Below, one piece after another: positions 31,893 to 46,602 of a DNA stretch of 64,000 bases; the stretch's first letter is position 1; each line of letters begins with the position of its first letter. The notes under the pieces were generated by a model. The model was not told the origin of the DNA. It saw only the letters and a program-made list of their open reading frames with translations, and ran no database searches. The translations under genes were made by a program, and so were the position numbers. The stretch lies in assembly GCF_009914755.1 (NCBI RefSeq), contig NC_060931.1; one strand, written 5' to 3'. Origin of the DNA: the human T2T-CHM13v2.0 reference genome, Homo sapiens.

Positions 31893-32654
31893 CCAAACCA
31901 CTCATCTAAAAATAACAAAATGTGTTTAAAGAGTAGATTAGTTAATCACAAAACATAAAAGGTAACTAGCCAAAAGAATTAAATATATTCATCACGTTTT
32001 AATAACTTTGAGGAAAATGAGTACATGAGGTGGGAAACGAACATTAAAGGAGTTTCTTATCAGCCCTTTTCAGGATTCCAAACTTTTCTTATAAATATCC
32101 ATCAGTGCTCCAATTAAGCCTTTGGAGTGATATGCAAGAACTCCATAGTGGGGAGGGAAAAGTGCCTCCTTCCACACAGATGTTGGCACAGTGCTGAAGG
32201 ATGGCGGCTGGCCAGCCTGCTTTACAAGTGAGGGCCAGGAGCAGCATCTGCATATGAGAGCAGATTATCCCATTGGCAAACTCCATTAACACTGCCAAGG
32301 GCACGGTTATGCTGTTAGTGACTAAGAAGTCATCCCTTTCACCTGAACATACCTCTGGTAATTTAGGGTAATAAAGAGGATGCCTTTCTTTTATATGCAA
32401 GAGAAATAAAGACTTGGATGGTAATAAGGGAGGGCAATACATATTCATTTATTATGTAAGTAAGAAAATTCACTGGTAAATAATCTCATAATATCTAATG
32501 ATTGGATGATATCTAAGCAGTATGTCGATGATATCTAGTTTATCCACCATTGAATCCCTTATAAAACAGACCAGTCAGCTGGTACCCAGTGGTCTTACAT
32601 ACAGTCAAAGATGGGAAGCTCAGGATCCCCACATGCAGCCAACTGGAAGATGGG

Positions 32655-32938
32655 ATAGCAAAGTCAGAAAGACCTGAGTTCAAATCTTCACTATGTTGGT
32701 CATTAACTATATAAACTTAAGTATTTTATATCATCGAGCTAAATTTCAGTGTGTATACCTTTAAGATAGTAATGTGTACTTCAAATTGTTGTTACAAAAT
32801 TAAAAGAGGTAATGTGTATAACAGCTATCTCAATAAATAGCAGATGTTTTAATTCCAATGTGCCTACTTCACACTGTTGTTACAAAATTAAAAGAGATAA
32901 TGCGTATAACACTATCTCAATAAATGGGAGGTGTTATT
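32655..32938 (+). mobile_element. MIR with a tandemly duplicated 3' part
   Basis: aagtcagaaagacctgagttcaaatctt head. ~86-bp unit at 32771-32856 and 32857-32938. Confidence 0.7.
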
Positions 32939-33119
32939 CTATCTTTCAGATGTCTCTAATGGTTAGAAACGCTTTATATTAAACTGATTTTTTTCTCTAT
33001 AATTTAAGCCTGCTAATCCTCATTATGACTTAAGGGCTTCTTAAAACAAATGTTATATCTTTTATCTTTTACTGAAAGTCTTTCACATATTTGAAAATAA
33101 GAATCGTTAACTTCACTCA

Positions 33120-33205
33120 TCATTTCTTTTATGGACTGAACACACCCAGTCCCTCAACCTTTCCTTGTATTCCGTGGCTCTTAGCCACCTCACCATAGCA
33201 AGAAG
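33120..33205 (-). mobile_element. Ancient CR1-type LINE ORF2 remnant
   Basis: Minus strand encodes MVRWLRATEYKERLRD..., resembling the CR1 motif MVKGLEHLSYEERLRELGLFSLEKRR. Confidence 0.55.
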
Positions 33206-34297
33206 TGAGGCGGGGAATGTGGAAGGATTGTGATTAAGTGGTTGAAGTGCAGAGATAAGGATGGGAAATGCAGGGTAAAAAGCACTGGAACAGGCCCAGC
33301 TTTGTTTTTTGGCCAAAAGATTCAGCAGCTCTGATCGGCTTACTGATATTCACACGGTGCTGAGGTTGGCATTTTTCCAGAGGCATTAAGCATCATTCCA
33401 CTCACGGTTGACAGTTTCCAGAAAGGTTTCTCCCAAAAACACACTCTCCTTTGATTTCTTCCTGAAAATCATGTATCTGGTACTTTATCATTTTAGCTCA
33501 TATATCCACAGGCAGCCCTGGGTGAAACCACACTTTCACTAATTTTAATCATCTATACTTAAGGGCTTTTAGGTTTTTTTTTTAATTGGGTTCATTAAAT
33601 CATACTTTAATGCATTGAAATTCACCATTTTCATGTGTACGGTTCTACGAATTTTGGCAAAGGTATGCAGTCATGTAACCACTGCCCCCAAAAGGACCCC
33701 CATGCTACGATGTAATCAATATTCTCCCCCAATCCTTAACCCCTGGTCACCACTGTTTTGCTTTCTGTCTCTGTAGTTGGACCTTTTCTAGAATGTCACA
33801 TAAATGAAACTATATAGTTTGTACCCATGCTATTTCTGCTTCTTTCATTTAATATGATGCTCTTGAGATCTGTAAGTTGTATAGCATGTATCAGTAGTTC
33901 CCTTTTTTGCAGAGAATTTTTCCATTGTATCATAATTTATGTATGTGCCAGAGTTGTTTGCTTATCCACTCACTAGGGGATGAACATTGGAGAGTTTTTC
34001 TTTTTCTTTCTTTCTTTCTTTCTTTTTTTTTTTTTTAAATAAAGCTGCAATAAGCTTCCATGTACAGATCATTGTGTAGGCACATGTATTCATTATTGTT
34101 GGGTAACAATGTTGGAGTAAATGGCTGGGTAGGATGGTATATGTTCATTTTTGTATGTTTAATTTTATGAGAAAATAACAAACATGGTTATACCATTTTG
34201 CATTTCTAGCCAAAAAATATAAAAGTTTTAGCTGCTTTGCATATTTGTCAGCAATTGGTATTGTCTCTTTTAAATACAGCCATTTTCATAGGTGTAG

Positions 34298-34729
<432 letters not shown>

Positions 34730-35288
34730 CAGTTTGTTTTGTTTTGTTTTGTTTATTGGTTTGTTTTCTATTATTGAGTTCATTATATTCATTATACATA
34801 ATTTGCACACCAGTCCTTAATTATATAGGTTTTTTTGCAAATATTTTCCCCACACTGTGGTTTATTTTTTATATTTTAACAGGGTCTTTCAAATAGAATG
34901 TTTTAATTTTTATTTATCAGGGTTTTTCCTGACCAGTTTGTATTTTTTATGCCATATAAAATATCTTTGCGTAAAACGATGTCACAAATATTTTCTCCTC
35001 CATTTTCTTTGATAATTTTTGTAGTTACATATTTTACATTTAGGTCTATGATTCATTTTAAGTTGGTTGAGTCTTTTTCTGCATATGCATATGTAATTGA
35101 ACATTTTTTTAAATACCGTATTTTCTCCTTTTAATTGCCTTAGTGCCTTCATGAGAAATCAACTGACCTTATATTTGCGAGTCTGTATCCAGACACTCTA
35201 GTCTATTATTTCCTTTGTCTATATTTATGTCCTTTTGCAAACACCAAATTGTCTTCATTGCATAACATTAGAATAACTACAGAAATCA

Positions 35289-35630
<342 letters not shown>

Positions 35631-36452
35631 TTAATGTGAGTCCTCCTTAGTTGTTTCACTTTCTCATTTTTTTTTTAATTCCATTCTAGATCCCTTGCTT
35701 TTCCATATAACCTTTAGAATAGCTGGATCATATTTGAGATTGCATTGAATGTATAATTCAGTTTGGAGGATAATTGACAATCTAACAATATTGAGTCTTC
35801 CCATATATCGGTCTATTATATAGCTCCATTTATTTAGGCCTTTTAAATTTATCTCTTTTATGTTTTGCATTTTTAAGCCCACATATTTTGTATATATTTT
35901 CTTCGCTTTAATTTTTGTTTGTATTTTAAACTGTACTTTTTCCCTCATTTGATCATGAATTGTTATTTCTAATATAAAGAAACATAATGGAATACTTTTT
36001 GTATCCTATGACCTTGGTATACTCACTAGTTTTAGCAGCTTTTCTGTAAAGTGTTTGGGATTTTCTATATACGCCACCATGTCTACTGTGAATAAAGAAA
36101 ATTTTATGTTTGCTCCTTTTCAGTCTATATGCCCCAATTTTTTATTTATTCATTTATTTATTTATTTTTGTAGAGTTATTACATTGATTAGGACCTCTAG
36201 GTGAATGTGGTAAAAGCAAGCCTCCCTGCTTTCTTCCCAGTCTTAGGGGAAAAACGTTCAGTCTTTTCCCAGTAAGTATGTTACCTGCAGGCTTTTGTAG
36301 ATACTGTTTATCAGGTTGAAGAAGTTCTTTTCTATTACCAGTTTGCTAGGGTTTTTATTATAAGTGACTATTGAATTCTGTTAAATCATTTTTATCATGC
36401 GTAAAGATGAGCATATACTTTTTCTTCTTAGTTTGTTGTTACAATAAATTCC

Positions 36453-36752
36453 TTTTTTTTTTTTTTTTTTTTTGGCACAGTCTCACTCTGTCGCCCAGGT
36501 TGGTGTGCAGTGGCATGATCTCGGGTCACTGCAACCTCCGCCTCCGGAGTTCAAGTGATTCTCGTGCCTCATCTTCCCGAGCAGCTAGGACTACAGGCAC
36601 GTGCCACCATGCCGGGCTAATTTTGTATTTTCAGTAGGGATGGGTTTTTGCCATGTTGGCCAGGCTGGTCTCAATCTCCTGACCTTAAACAATCTGCCTA
36701 CCTCAGCCTCCCAAAGTGCTGGGATTACTGGCGTGACCCACCATGCCCAGCC
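36453..36752 (-). mobile_element. AluS (Sx/Sz-like)
   Basis: Poly-T followed by a full reverse Alu dimer. Confidence 0.93.
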
Positions 36753-37237
36753 CCATGGATTGGTTTTTGAATGTAAAATCAACACTGCATTCCGGACAAA
36801 ACTCCACTTGGTATGATACACTAAATGTTTTATATATTGCTGGATGTGATATGTAAGGATTTTTGTATTCATATTCATGAAATATATTGATCTGTAGTTT
36901 TCTTTAACATAATTTCTCCACAAGGTTTTCTATGTACTAATGGTGGCTCATAAAATGAATTGGAAATTCTTTTTCTTTATTGTTAGCAAGATTGTTTAGA
37001 GGTAGTAATATTTCTTCCTTCAGTGTTGGAAAAAATTCACTATTGAAGTCATTTGAACCTCAAGTTTACCTTTTTGAAAGAAGTTAAACCAATAATTTAT
37101 TTTTTTAAATAGATATAGGACTATTTAGGCTGTTTCTTCTTCAGTAAATATTAGTTTGTATCTTTGCATGTGTCGACTTCATCCAAGTTGTTGAATTTGG
37201 GGAGCATAAATTGGTTAATAGTACTCTCTTGTTATCC

Positions 37238-37540
37238 TTTTTGTTTTGTTTTGTTTTGTTTGAGATGGAGTCTTGCTCTCGCCCAGCTGGAGTGCAGTGG
37301 TCAGATGTTGGCTCACTGCAACTTCTACCTCCCAGGTTCAAGCGCTTCTCGTGCCTTAGCCTTCCGAGTAGCTGGGATTACAGGCACCCACCACAATACC
37401 CGGCTGATTTTTGGATTTTTAGTAGCGACGGGGTTTCACCATGTGGGCCAGGCTGGTCTTGAACTCCTGACCTCAGGTGATCTGCCCATCTTGGCCTCCC
37501 AAAATGTTGGGATTACAGGCGTGAGCCACCGCGCCCGGCG
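37238..37540 (-). mobile_element. AluS (Sx-like)
   Basis: Full dimer. TSD tcttg(t/c)tatcc at 37227-37237 and 37541-37551. Confidence 0.94.
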
Positions 37541-37792
37541 TCTTGCTATCCTGACATTTATCATTCCTTTCTCTCTCTTTCTGTCAGTAATCTGGATAAC
37601 GATTTATTACTATTATTGATTGTTACAAAGAATCAGCTTTAAGTTTCACTTATTTTCTCTATTATTTTAATCTGTTTTCAAATTATAATTTCCCTGTGAC
37701 TATGTCTTTGACCCTTGGGTAATTTAGAAGTCTGTTCTGTAATTTTTTGTTTTGTTTTGTTTTTCATGTTTGGGGTTTTTAAGATACATTTT

Positions 37793-38109
<317 letters not shown>

Positions 38110-38146
38110 ATTTTGTAACTGATTTCTATTTTTAATTTTATAACAC

Positions 38147-40747
38147 TTTTAAAATTATATTGTCTTAAACTGACATAAAAATATTTATGTATAATATGTA
38201 AATTATTACAAAGTGATGCTTCAGTACATATACTGTATATTAATCAGATTGGGATAATTAGCATACCCATCATCTCAAACCTTTGTCATTACATTATGTT
38301 GGGAACATTCAATATCCTCCTTTTAGCTATTTGAAACTACAAAGTATATGATTATTAACTATAATCATCCTAAAGTGGTATAGAACACTAGGACTTATTC
38401 TTCTCATCTAGCAGTAATATTGTATCCTTTGATAAATCTCTCCCTCTCTCTCCCTGTTCCCTACCCTTTCCAGCCTCTAGTGTCTTCTATTATACTTTTT
38501 ACTTTTATGAGGTCAGCTATTTTTAGCATCCGTATTTGAGTGAGAATATGTAGTGTTTAAGGATCCTGTTCCTGGCTTATGTCACTTAACATAATATCTA
38601 TTAGTTCTATATACGTTGCCACAAATGACAGAATTTCACTGTTTGTTTATGGCTAAATAGTATTCTGTTGTGTATATACACCACATTTTCTTTATCCATT
38701 CTTCTCTTATTGGACGCCTAAGTTGATTCCGTATCTTGGCCATTGTGAATAGTGCTGCAATAGACATAGAGATGCAGATGTCTTTTTGATATACTCATTT
38801 CATCTCCTTTGGGTAAATGCCAAGTAGTGGGATTGCTGGATCATATTATAGTTCTATTTGTAATTTTTGAGGAACCTCTATACTCTTCTCCACTTTGGCT
38901 GAACTAGTTTACATTCCCACCAACAGTGTATATGAGTTCTGTTTTCTCCACATCCTTTCAAGCATTGGTTACGTTTTGTCTTTTTGATAATAGCCATCCT
39001 AACTGGGGTCAGATGCTATCACATTGTGGTTTTAATTTGTATTTCCCTGAGGACTAGTGGTGTTGAGCATTTTTCATTTGTTGCATATACATGTCTTCTT
39101 TTGAGAAACATCAGTTCAGATCATTTGCCCATTTTTTAATCAAGTTGTTTTGCTGTTTAGATGTTTGAGTTTTTTGTGTATTCTAGATGTGAATCCCTTG
39201 TCAGATGTAGAGTTTGCAAATATTTTATCTCATTCTGTAGGTTGTCTTTCAGTCTGATTGTTTCTTTTGCTGTGCAGAAGCTTTTTAGTTTGATATGATA
39301 CCATTTGTTTATTTTTGCTTTTGTTGTTGTAATTTTGAGGAACTTTTTGTTACTCATAAAATATTTTCCAGACCAGTGTCTTGAAGAATTTACGCTCTTT
39401 GCCTCCAGAGATCTTATAATTTCAGGTCTTATATCTTGGTCTTTGTTCTATTTTGAGTTGAGCTTTGTATGTGGTGAGAGGTGGGGGATTAGTTACTTTC
39501 TGCAGGAGATACTCAGTTATCCCAATACCATTTATTGAAGAGCCTGTCCTTTCCTCAATTAGTGTTTTCAGTACATTTGTCAAAAAATCAATTGGCTGTA
39601 GATACACGGATTAGTTTTTGCATTCTGTATTTTGTTCCATTAGCCTATAGATGTTTCTATGCCAGTACCATGCTGTTTTGGTTACTATGGCTTTGTAGTA
39701 TATTTTTAAATCTGGTAATATGATGCTTCCATATTTATTTTGTTCAGGATTTATTTGGCTATTTGGGTCTTTTGTGGTTTCATACAAATTTTAGGATTTT
39801 TTTTCTATTTCTGTGGAGTGTCGTTTGTATTTTTATAGAGATGGCATTCACTCCACAGATTCTTTTCGATAGTATGGCCATTTTAACAATGTTAATTCTT
39901 CTGATACATGAGTATGATGTATTTTTCTGTTCATTTGTATCCTCTTCAGTTTTTTCATCAGTGTTTTGCAGTTTTCCTTTTAAAGGTTTTGTACCTCCTT
40001 GGATAAATTCACTTTTAGGTTTCCTCTTTTTTTTTGTACACTATTATAAATTGGACTGTCTTCTTGATCTCTTTTTTTTAGTTTGTTGCTTGTGTATAGA
40101 AATGCTATGGATTTTCGTGTGTCGATTTTTTATTCTGCAATTTTACTGAATTGGTTTATCAGCTCTAAGAGTTTTTCAGTAGAATCTTTAGGTTTTTCTA
40201 TATATAGGATCATGTCATCTGCAGACAGGAACAATTTCACTTCATTCATTTGAATGTGGATGCCCTTTAATTTTCATTTCCCAATTGCTCTGGCTGGGAC
40301 TTCTAGTTCTATATTGAGTGCAAGTGGTGAGTGTTAGCATCTTTGTCTTTTTTCCAGTTCTGAGAGGAAAAGATTTTAGCTTTTGCTTCTTTGGTGTGAT
40401 GTTAACTGTGTGTTTGTAATATGTGCCTTTTATTATTTTGAGGTAATTTCCTTCTACACCTATTTTATTGAGATTTTTAATATAATGGCATATTACATTG
40501 TATTAAATGTTTTTTCTGAATCTATCAAAATGATTGTATTTTTGTCTTTAATTATATTGATTTAATGTATGATGTTTATTGATTTGTGTATATTAAACCA
40601 TCCTCACATTCCTGGCATAAATGCCACTTGATTATGTTGTATTATCTTTCTGATCTGTGCTGGATTTAGCTTGCTAGTATTTTCTTGAAGATTTTGCATC
40701 TGTATTTGTCAGAGGTATTGGCCTGTAATTTTCCTGTGTGTGTGTGT

Positions 40748-40785
<38 letters not shown>

Positions 40786-41199
40786 TTATCTGGTTTTGTT
40801 ATTAGATTTAGACTGGGCTTGCAGAATGAGTTTGGAAGAATTCCCTCGGCTTCAATTTTTTGAAATAGTTTGAGAATGATTTGTATTAATTCTCCTTCAT
40901 AGATTGAATAGAATCCAGTGATGAAGCCATCCAGTTAAGTACTTTTCTTTTTTGTGAGACTTTTTATTACTGATTCAATCATGTTACTTATTATTGGTCT
41001 ATTCAGGTTTTCTCCTTCTTCCTGGTCCAATCTTGGTAAGTTATGTGTCTAAGAATTTATCCACATCCTCTAGGTTTTCAACTAGGTTTTCAGTTGGTGT
41101 ATAGTTGTTCATAGTAGTCTCTAGTGATCCTTTGTATTATGTGGTATTTGTTATGATGCCTCCTTTTTCATTTATGATTTTTATTTGGGTTTTCTTTCT
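38147..41199 (-). mobile_element. L1MA (MA4-6-like) ~3-kb 3' fragment nested in the older L1M
   Basis: L1MA 3' UTR (attagcatacccatcatctcaaac...gggaacattcaatatcctcc) and degraded ORF2 ([15 protein letters not shown]). Candidate TSD cacttt at 38144-38149 and 41200-41205. Confidence 0.88.
40735..40783. repeat. (TG)n microsatellite with one interruption
   Basis: Read directly from the sequence. Confidence 0.95.
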
Positions 41200-43741
41200 C
41201 ACTTTATTGCTAGTTAGCCCATATTGTATGATTTCAATCATTTTAATTCTTTTCAAATTCATTTTTTGTCTCAGAATATGGTCTATGTTGTTAAATATTT
41301 CATGTGTACCTGAAAGTATATTTTTCTGTTCCTGCATATTCTATAAATATCAAATAAATGGATACAATAATACTTTCCTGATAATATATTTTGAATGATT
41401 CAGGAAAACTTAAGAAACGTAAGGGTTAATTATGCCACTAATTAAAAAATTCAGAAACTTTATGACAACTTTCATCTCTCATAGCCACTTTGACTGCACA
41501 GTGGCTTTGTTCTCAAAGCCTTGAAATTGAGTTATTGGGATGTAGTAGAAGCAGTTTGAAGAACAGGCAGTAAGCCCACCTTCTCCATTAGTATGTTCTA
41601 TTTACTTTGACATGGAGATTTTGCAGTAGTTTGACACAAATCTGAATAGAAACCTATTTAATTTCAGACTTCTTTACCCACTCTTAGAATTTTTCTTTTG
41701 ATAGCAGATAAGGATTAAGTAATATACACAGGAGACAGTCTAAGAAGCACATTTATTTAAATATAACTTTGTTATAACATCAATTGTGTGTAACCAATTT
41801 CATGCCAAAAACAAATGCAAAAATTCTGTTGCTTAGGATTTTACTTTATGTGTTTTAAGTATATATTGAAATGTACTTCAGAACATGTGCTTTTTAAAAT
41901 ATATCCAACTTTGGTAATTTTGGTTTTTGAACATCCCGTAGATACCTAAAGAACTCTTTTGGAGCAGCAGTGCTATATGGATCACACTTCAAAAGTGTAA
42001 TTCTGGGGCAGCAATATGAAGGTCAAAACATCTCCCTCCAACTAGGAACTGGATATTTAAAAGAGGTTAAGGAAATTTGATGCACTATATTAAAAATTGT
42101 TTCAACCTTTTTTTAAACTTTAGTGTAAGTACTACAACATTTTACTAAGCAAATTTGGAGTTCTGTTCTAATTTAACCGTTTTTTCATGTTCTTTATCTT
42201 AGATTCTGAGGACAAAAAGCAATGAACACAGCTTTTTAGTAGCTATTTCCTTTCAAACTCTCTGGAGAGCAATCAAATTTTGTAATCTTTAAAAGAACAT
42301 ATATTAATGTTTTGTTCAAAGAGAATTCAGTCTATAATAGGCCTTTTAAAGAAATATGTATAAAGGCCCGCTGTCTGTCCTTTTTGATATTTTAGTGTAT
42401 GTATTTGTTCAGTGTAGTTTTGTTTCTTTTTAAGAAGCTAATATTTTAGGAAGAACCAGATACTACTAGGCCAAGTACATTCTTTTTGTGTAACTAGAAA
42501 TTTCAGGTCTTTTAGTTTTCCCCAGGCAACATATGCTAAGAACATAGCATTAGTTACATACTGCTTGGACCAACCCCATCTTTGAATATCACTTGTAGAC
42601 ATAGTCACCTAAAGAAGCAACTAAACGTTGACCTAGGGGTCCACTTTGGCAATTTTGCCTGCACCTCATTCCAGCGTATGCCATGGACTTTTTTTCTGTT
42701 TATGAAGAACGTAGCCAGAGATAGTCCTAAAATAGAAGCTAAGGGAACAAAACAAAACTCTCATTTCTAGATGTGCGAACTCTAGCAAAAAAAAGTTTTA
42801 AAATTCTGCCCTGTTTATAGTCTTATAGACAGACTTGCATTAAAAAATATACTTTAACTGCTTTATTTCATAATAAAACAGAGACTTTTCCACAAACTTG
42901 GGAAGTGAATAGAAGCAATCCACTTTAATGTATTCCTCAGAATGAGTATATTCTCACGTCTCAACTTAACAGGATATTCCACATGTCTATGTTGATCCCA
43001 TCACTCTCAATTACGCAAGGAGACCAGTACTGCCACAATTCCAAGCCAGAGGGAGCAGTCCATCTTTCACAGCCAAGGGAAGGACTGGAGTGAGAGGACC
43101 ATTCTCACTATAGTCATAGCTAGCCACTCCCACACTGGCAACTGAGGCTTTGCTCCGCCCAGTCTGGTAGACTACACTTTTCTATTCCTAAGATCCCTGT
43201 CTTATTCATGTACAAGAGTTTTGAGAGAAGGCAACCCCATTCCCTTAATATTAAGTTTAATTATACAGTTTCCACCTGTTCACTCCAATAGTGGTAATTC
43301 TTAGGACCTAGCACTCCCAGTTTATAGACACAACGAACTTCAAAGGTGCCATCCAGCTCCTCAAATTCTTGACCAGGACAGCTTATCTCAGAGTTAGAAA
43401 ACTCCCAACCCTTCTCTCTAGAAATGTCTTCATTACATTAAGAGACTTTTCTTCTTAAACTGTAAAAACAAAACAAAAGTAACTGATTAGTATCCTCTTT
43501 CTCTAGACAGTGAAGTCATTAGTCTACTCCTGGAGGCCACCATGAGTTACATAGGAGGTTTCCCAAGACCCATCACCTGTGTGAAGGTCCATATACCTAG
43601 ACTTTGGAAAGGAATGAAAATAAGAGGCAAGCTACTTTTAGTCTCTGTCTTTGCTATCATACTCTTCCTTTAAACTATTTCTCTCTATCCCACCTCTGTC
43701 TCTTTCTTTTTCTGTCTCCCTGTTTCTCTCTTTTTTTGTCA

Positions 43742-43743
<2 letters not shown>

Positions 43744-43780
<37 letters not shown>
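43744..43780. repeat. (CA)18 microsatellite preceded by a CT-rich tract
   Basis: Read directly from the sequence. Confidence 0.95.
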
Positions 43781-43783
<3 letters not shown>

Positions 43784-43842
43784 CACACATATACAAAAGC
43801 AACCCTGTAAAAATCACTGCTTGTGTAAAGCCTAAACCATAA

Positions 43843-44045
43843 TTGGGGTTAGAATTTGGAGCTCCACTAGTTACGCAGAGAATGATTTCTGTGGGTTCTT
43901 AACTTTCTAAGCTTCAAATTTCTCATACATAAAAGTGATAGTCTAATAATTGTGAACTCAAAAATTTTGTGATAAATAAGTTAAATAATTCCTATACAGC
44001 CTTCAGGACAATGCCTAAACCAGAATAAAAATAAAGATAATGATA
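43843..44045 (+). mobile_element. MIR
   Basis: ggggttagaatttggagctccactagttac...cttaactttctaagcttcaaatttctcatacataaaa. Confidence 0.6.
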
Positions 44046-44114
44046 ATTTAGCCTTATACTTCTCCTTCCATTTTAGTCAAAATATTTTTACCAATCCACA
44101 GATACAGTATTCTC

Positions 44115-44441
<327 letters not shown>

Positions 44442-44639
44442 AGTAGTATTCTCATTTTATCTGAGGTTATCTCCACATTGCACACACCCATTAGAGATGC
44501 TCTCTCTCATCCTAGTGAAACATAACCATTCCAAAACGCAGTGACCATTCACTCTTCAGCAAATCTTTCTTAGTTGAAATAGCCCTCACTGCTTCCCTTT
44601 TTCTCTTATTCTTACACACATCTCAAAATCAGTTCTCTA

Positions 44640-44713
44640 TTAGTTCCAGGAGTTGTTTCCTTGTCCTTCGAGTAATTCTACATAGACAATCATGTTATCT
44701 GTGAACAAAGACA
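44640..44713 (-). mobile_element. Short L1M ORF2 fragment
   Basis: ttctacatagacaatcatgttatctgtgaacaaagaca, the reverse of the FADDM region. Confidence 0.55.
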
Positions 44714-44739
44714 CAGCTCCAAGGGTGAGAACGGGAGCT

Positions 44740-44950
44740 TTAAAATTTCTTAAAGCTCATGCCTATAGAAGTCATTCAGTGCCATCTCTGCATCTGCATG
44801 CATTCTCTTGGCCAAAACAAGTCATAGGACCCGTGTAGATTAAAGATGTGAGACTGCGGGAGAGGAGAAACACGGCAAAGTCACATCACAAAAAACCACT
44901 TGGAATGGGAACACGGGTTATCCTCCTTTTTGAAAACAAACTGTGTCACT
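44740..44950 (-). mobile_element. MLT1 (MaLR) LTR fragment
   Basis: cattctcttggccaaaacaagtcatagg...ggcaaagtcacatcac...ctttttgaaaacaaactgtgtcac. Confidence 0.65.
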
Positions 44951-45747
44951 AATATTGTCAGTCTTATTATTACACTCAAATGGATTACAAGATCCCTAAG
45001 AGTAAAAAGCCATAGTTTTAGTATTTCTCAAATAGGTACAATGCACTGTAATGTTGGAATGTGTCTTTAGAAAGATAAAATAACCAAACAATCATAACAC
45101 ATTATTCTCAAAACTTATTTTATATTTTTGTTTTAATGTGTACAATTGCAATCTCATATTTGTGTTAGAATCATTTGTTTTTGTGTCTTCATGTTTCTAT
45201 AAGATAGGACCAATATTCTTTATTGGGCTTTGATTTTATTTTGTAACTTAAATGTATTAAGGCAATAAATGTAATTTTCCACTTAAAACTATCATTATAG
45301 ATTTGGTTACTACCTACTGCTCAGCAATTTTTTTTCTTATCAAAATTCTTCCTGGTTGGTTTACTTCTCATTTTTTTTCCATTAAATGATATAAATTTTA
45401 AGATAGTAGTTTTTCTTGTTACATTAGTTCAGAATCATAGATTCATGCATAATAGCTTTGATATTCAAATAACCTTCATTGGTCTTGATACTTTTATAAT
45501 TTTCATTTCAGAATCCCTTATTGCCTTCCATTGAATTCTTCTGGTTTGTGTTATAACATTTCCTGTAATTTGTAAGCAATCCATTCTGTTTTCAAAATCA
45601 CTTGTGTGTAAATTTTTCTCATTACCATGTTCATTTCAGTTTTAACTAAAGTTCACTCATAATATGTCATACATAAAGAAACACTTAAAATATATTAGAA
45701 CTATTTACATTCTATATATAATAGTTATGCCAGAAATGAAACAGAAA

Positions 45748-46058
45748 TGTTGAATTAAGTTTAGCCTAAAGATGCTGTCTTATGTGTTTTAAGTTTGGCC
45801 TAAAGGTTTTTCCATACATAGTGAACTGTAACCTAACTGGATGTGTAAACAGACTATAGCCTACTCTTGTAACAAGTAGCCAAGTCTCATCCCATTACGA
45901 CAACCATACTTCAATCACACACAGGGTCCACCTGTTCAAACTGTGTTTGAATAAGCCAGACACCAGCTGTAACCAATCTGGCTGTTTCTGTGCCTCACTT
46001 CCGTTTTCTGTATGTAGCTTTCCTTTGTCCATACATCCTTTCCAAACCTGCAGTGGAG
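45748..46058 (+). mobile_element. MER57-like ERV1 LTR, 3'-truncated
   Basis: Starts tgttgaattaagtttagcctaaag; contains gtgaactgtaacctaactggatgtgtaaacagac; stops shortly after the TATA region. Confidence 0.82.
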
Positions 46059-46209
46059 CACCATGCTCAGCTAATTCTTAATTTTTTTTTCTAGAGATAG
46101 AGGTCTTGCTAATTTGCCCAGGCTGGTCTCAAAGTAGTGGCTTCAAGAGATCTTCCCACCCCAGCCTCCCAAAGTGCTGGGGTTATAGGCATGAGCCATT
46201 GCACCTGCT
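46059..46209 (-). mobile_element. AluJ-type fragment (left monomer plus linker; right arm and tail missing)
   Basis: caccatgctcagctaatt...ggtcttgctaatttgcccaggctggtctcaaa...cccaaagtgctgggg. Confidence 0.85.
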
Positions 46210-46299
46210 GGAACACCAATTTCTAAACAAACAAACCCAAGATCAAATTAGCCAGTCAGAGTGTGTCCTACTTACATTCTGTACATAACCCTACTAAAA

Positions 46300-46447
46300 C
46301 CTTTATGTACTTACTGTTATGAATACTTTTAGTTCGTCCCTGGCAGAGGTGCTAAATTTCATTCCCTGATATTTAGCATGATGTCACCAAATGGTAGTTG
46401 TTTAATAAACATTTGCATAATGAAAGACTGACTGAATGAATGCATGA
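46300..46447 (+). mobile_element. L2 3' end
   Basis: tttagcatgatgtc...ggtagttgtttaataaacatttg...tgactgaatgaatg. Confidence 0.55.
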
Positions 46448-46602
46448 AGTAACTATCAGCTACAACTACTAAACTAACATGACCAAGATTCAAAGGAAAC
46501 TTTCTAAAATCTTCAAAAATCTAAGTTCTAGTGCTCTTTCAAGACCTCAGAACTGCCTTAGAGAGTTTAATGGAAATAACATACATAGGAGTATGGGGAA
46601 AA

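Noticed and set aside
32089-32448. 119-aa ORF in unique sequence (also the 111-aa ORF at 8939-9274)
   Set aside because: No recognisable domain, splice context or coding-like composition; the length is within chance expectation.
32771-32938. Direct repeats as a CRISPR-like array
   Set aside because: There are only two adjacent copies, with no spacers, in eukaryotic MIR context.
45110-45370. U-rich stretch with AATAAA (~45264) resembling a 3' UTR or processed-pseudogene fragment
   Set aside because: I found no poly-A tail, TSD or recognisable parent gene. A BLAST search would be needed, and the composition fits AT-rich background.
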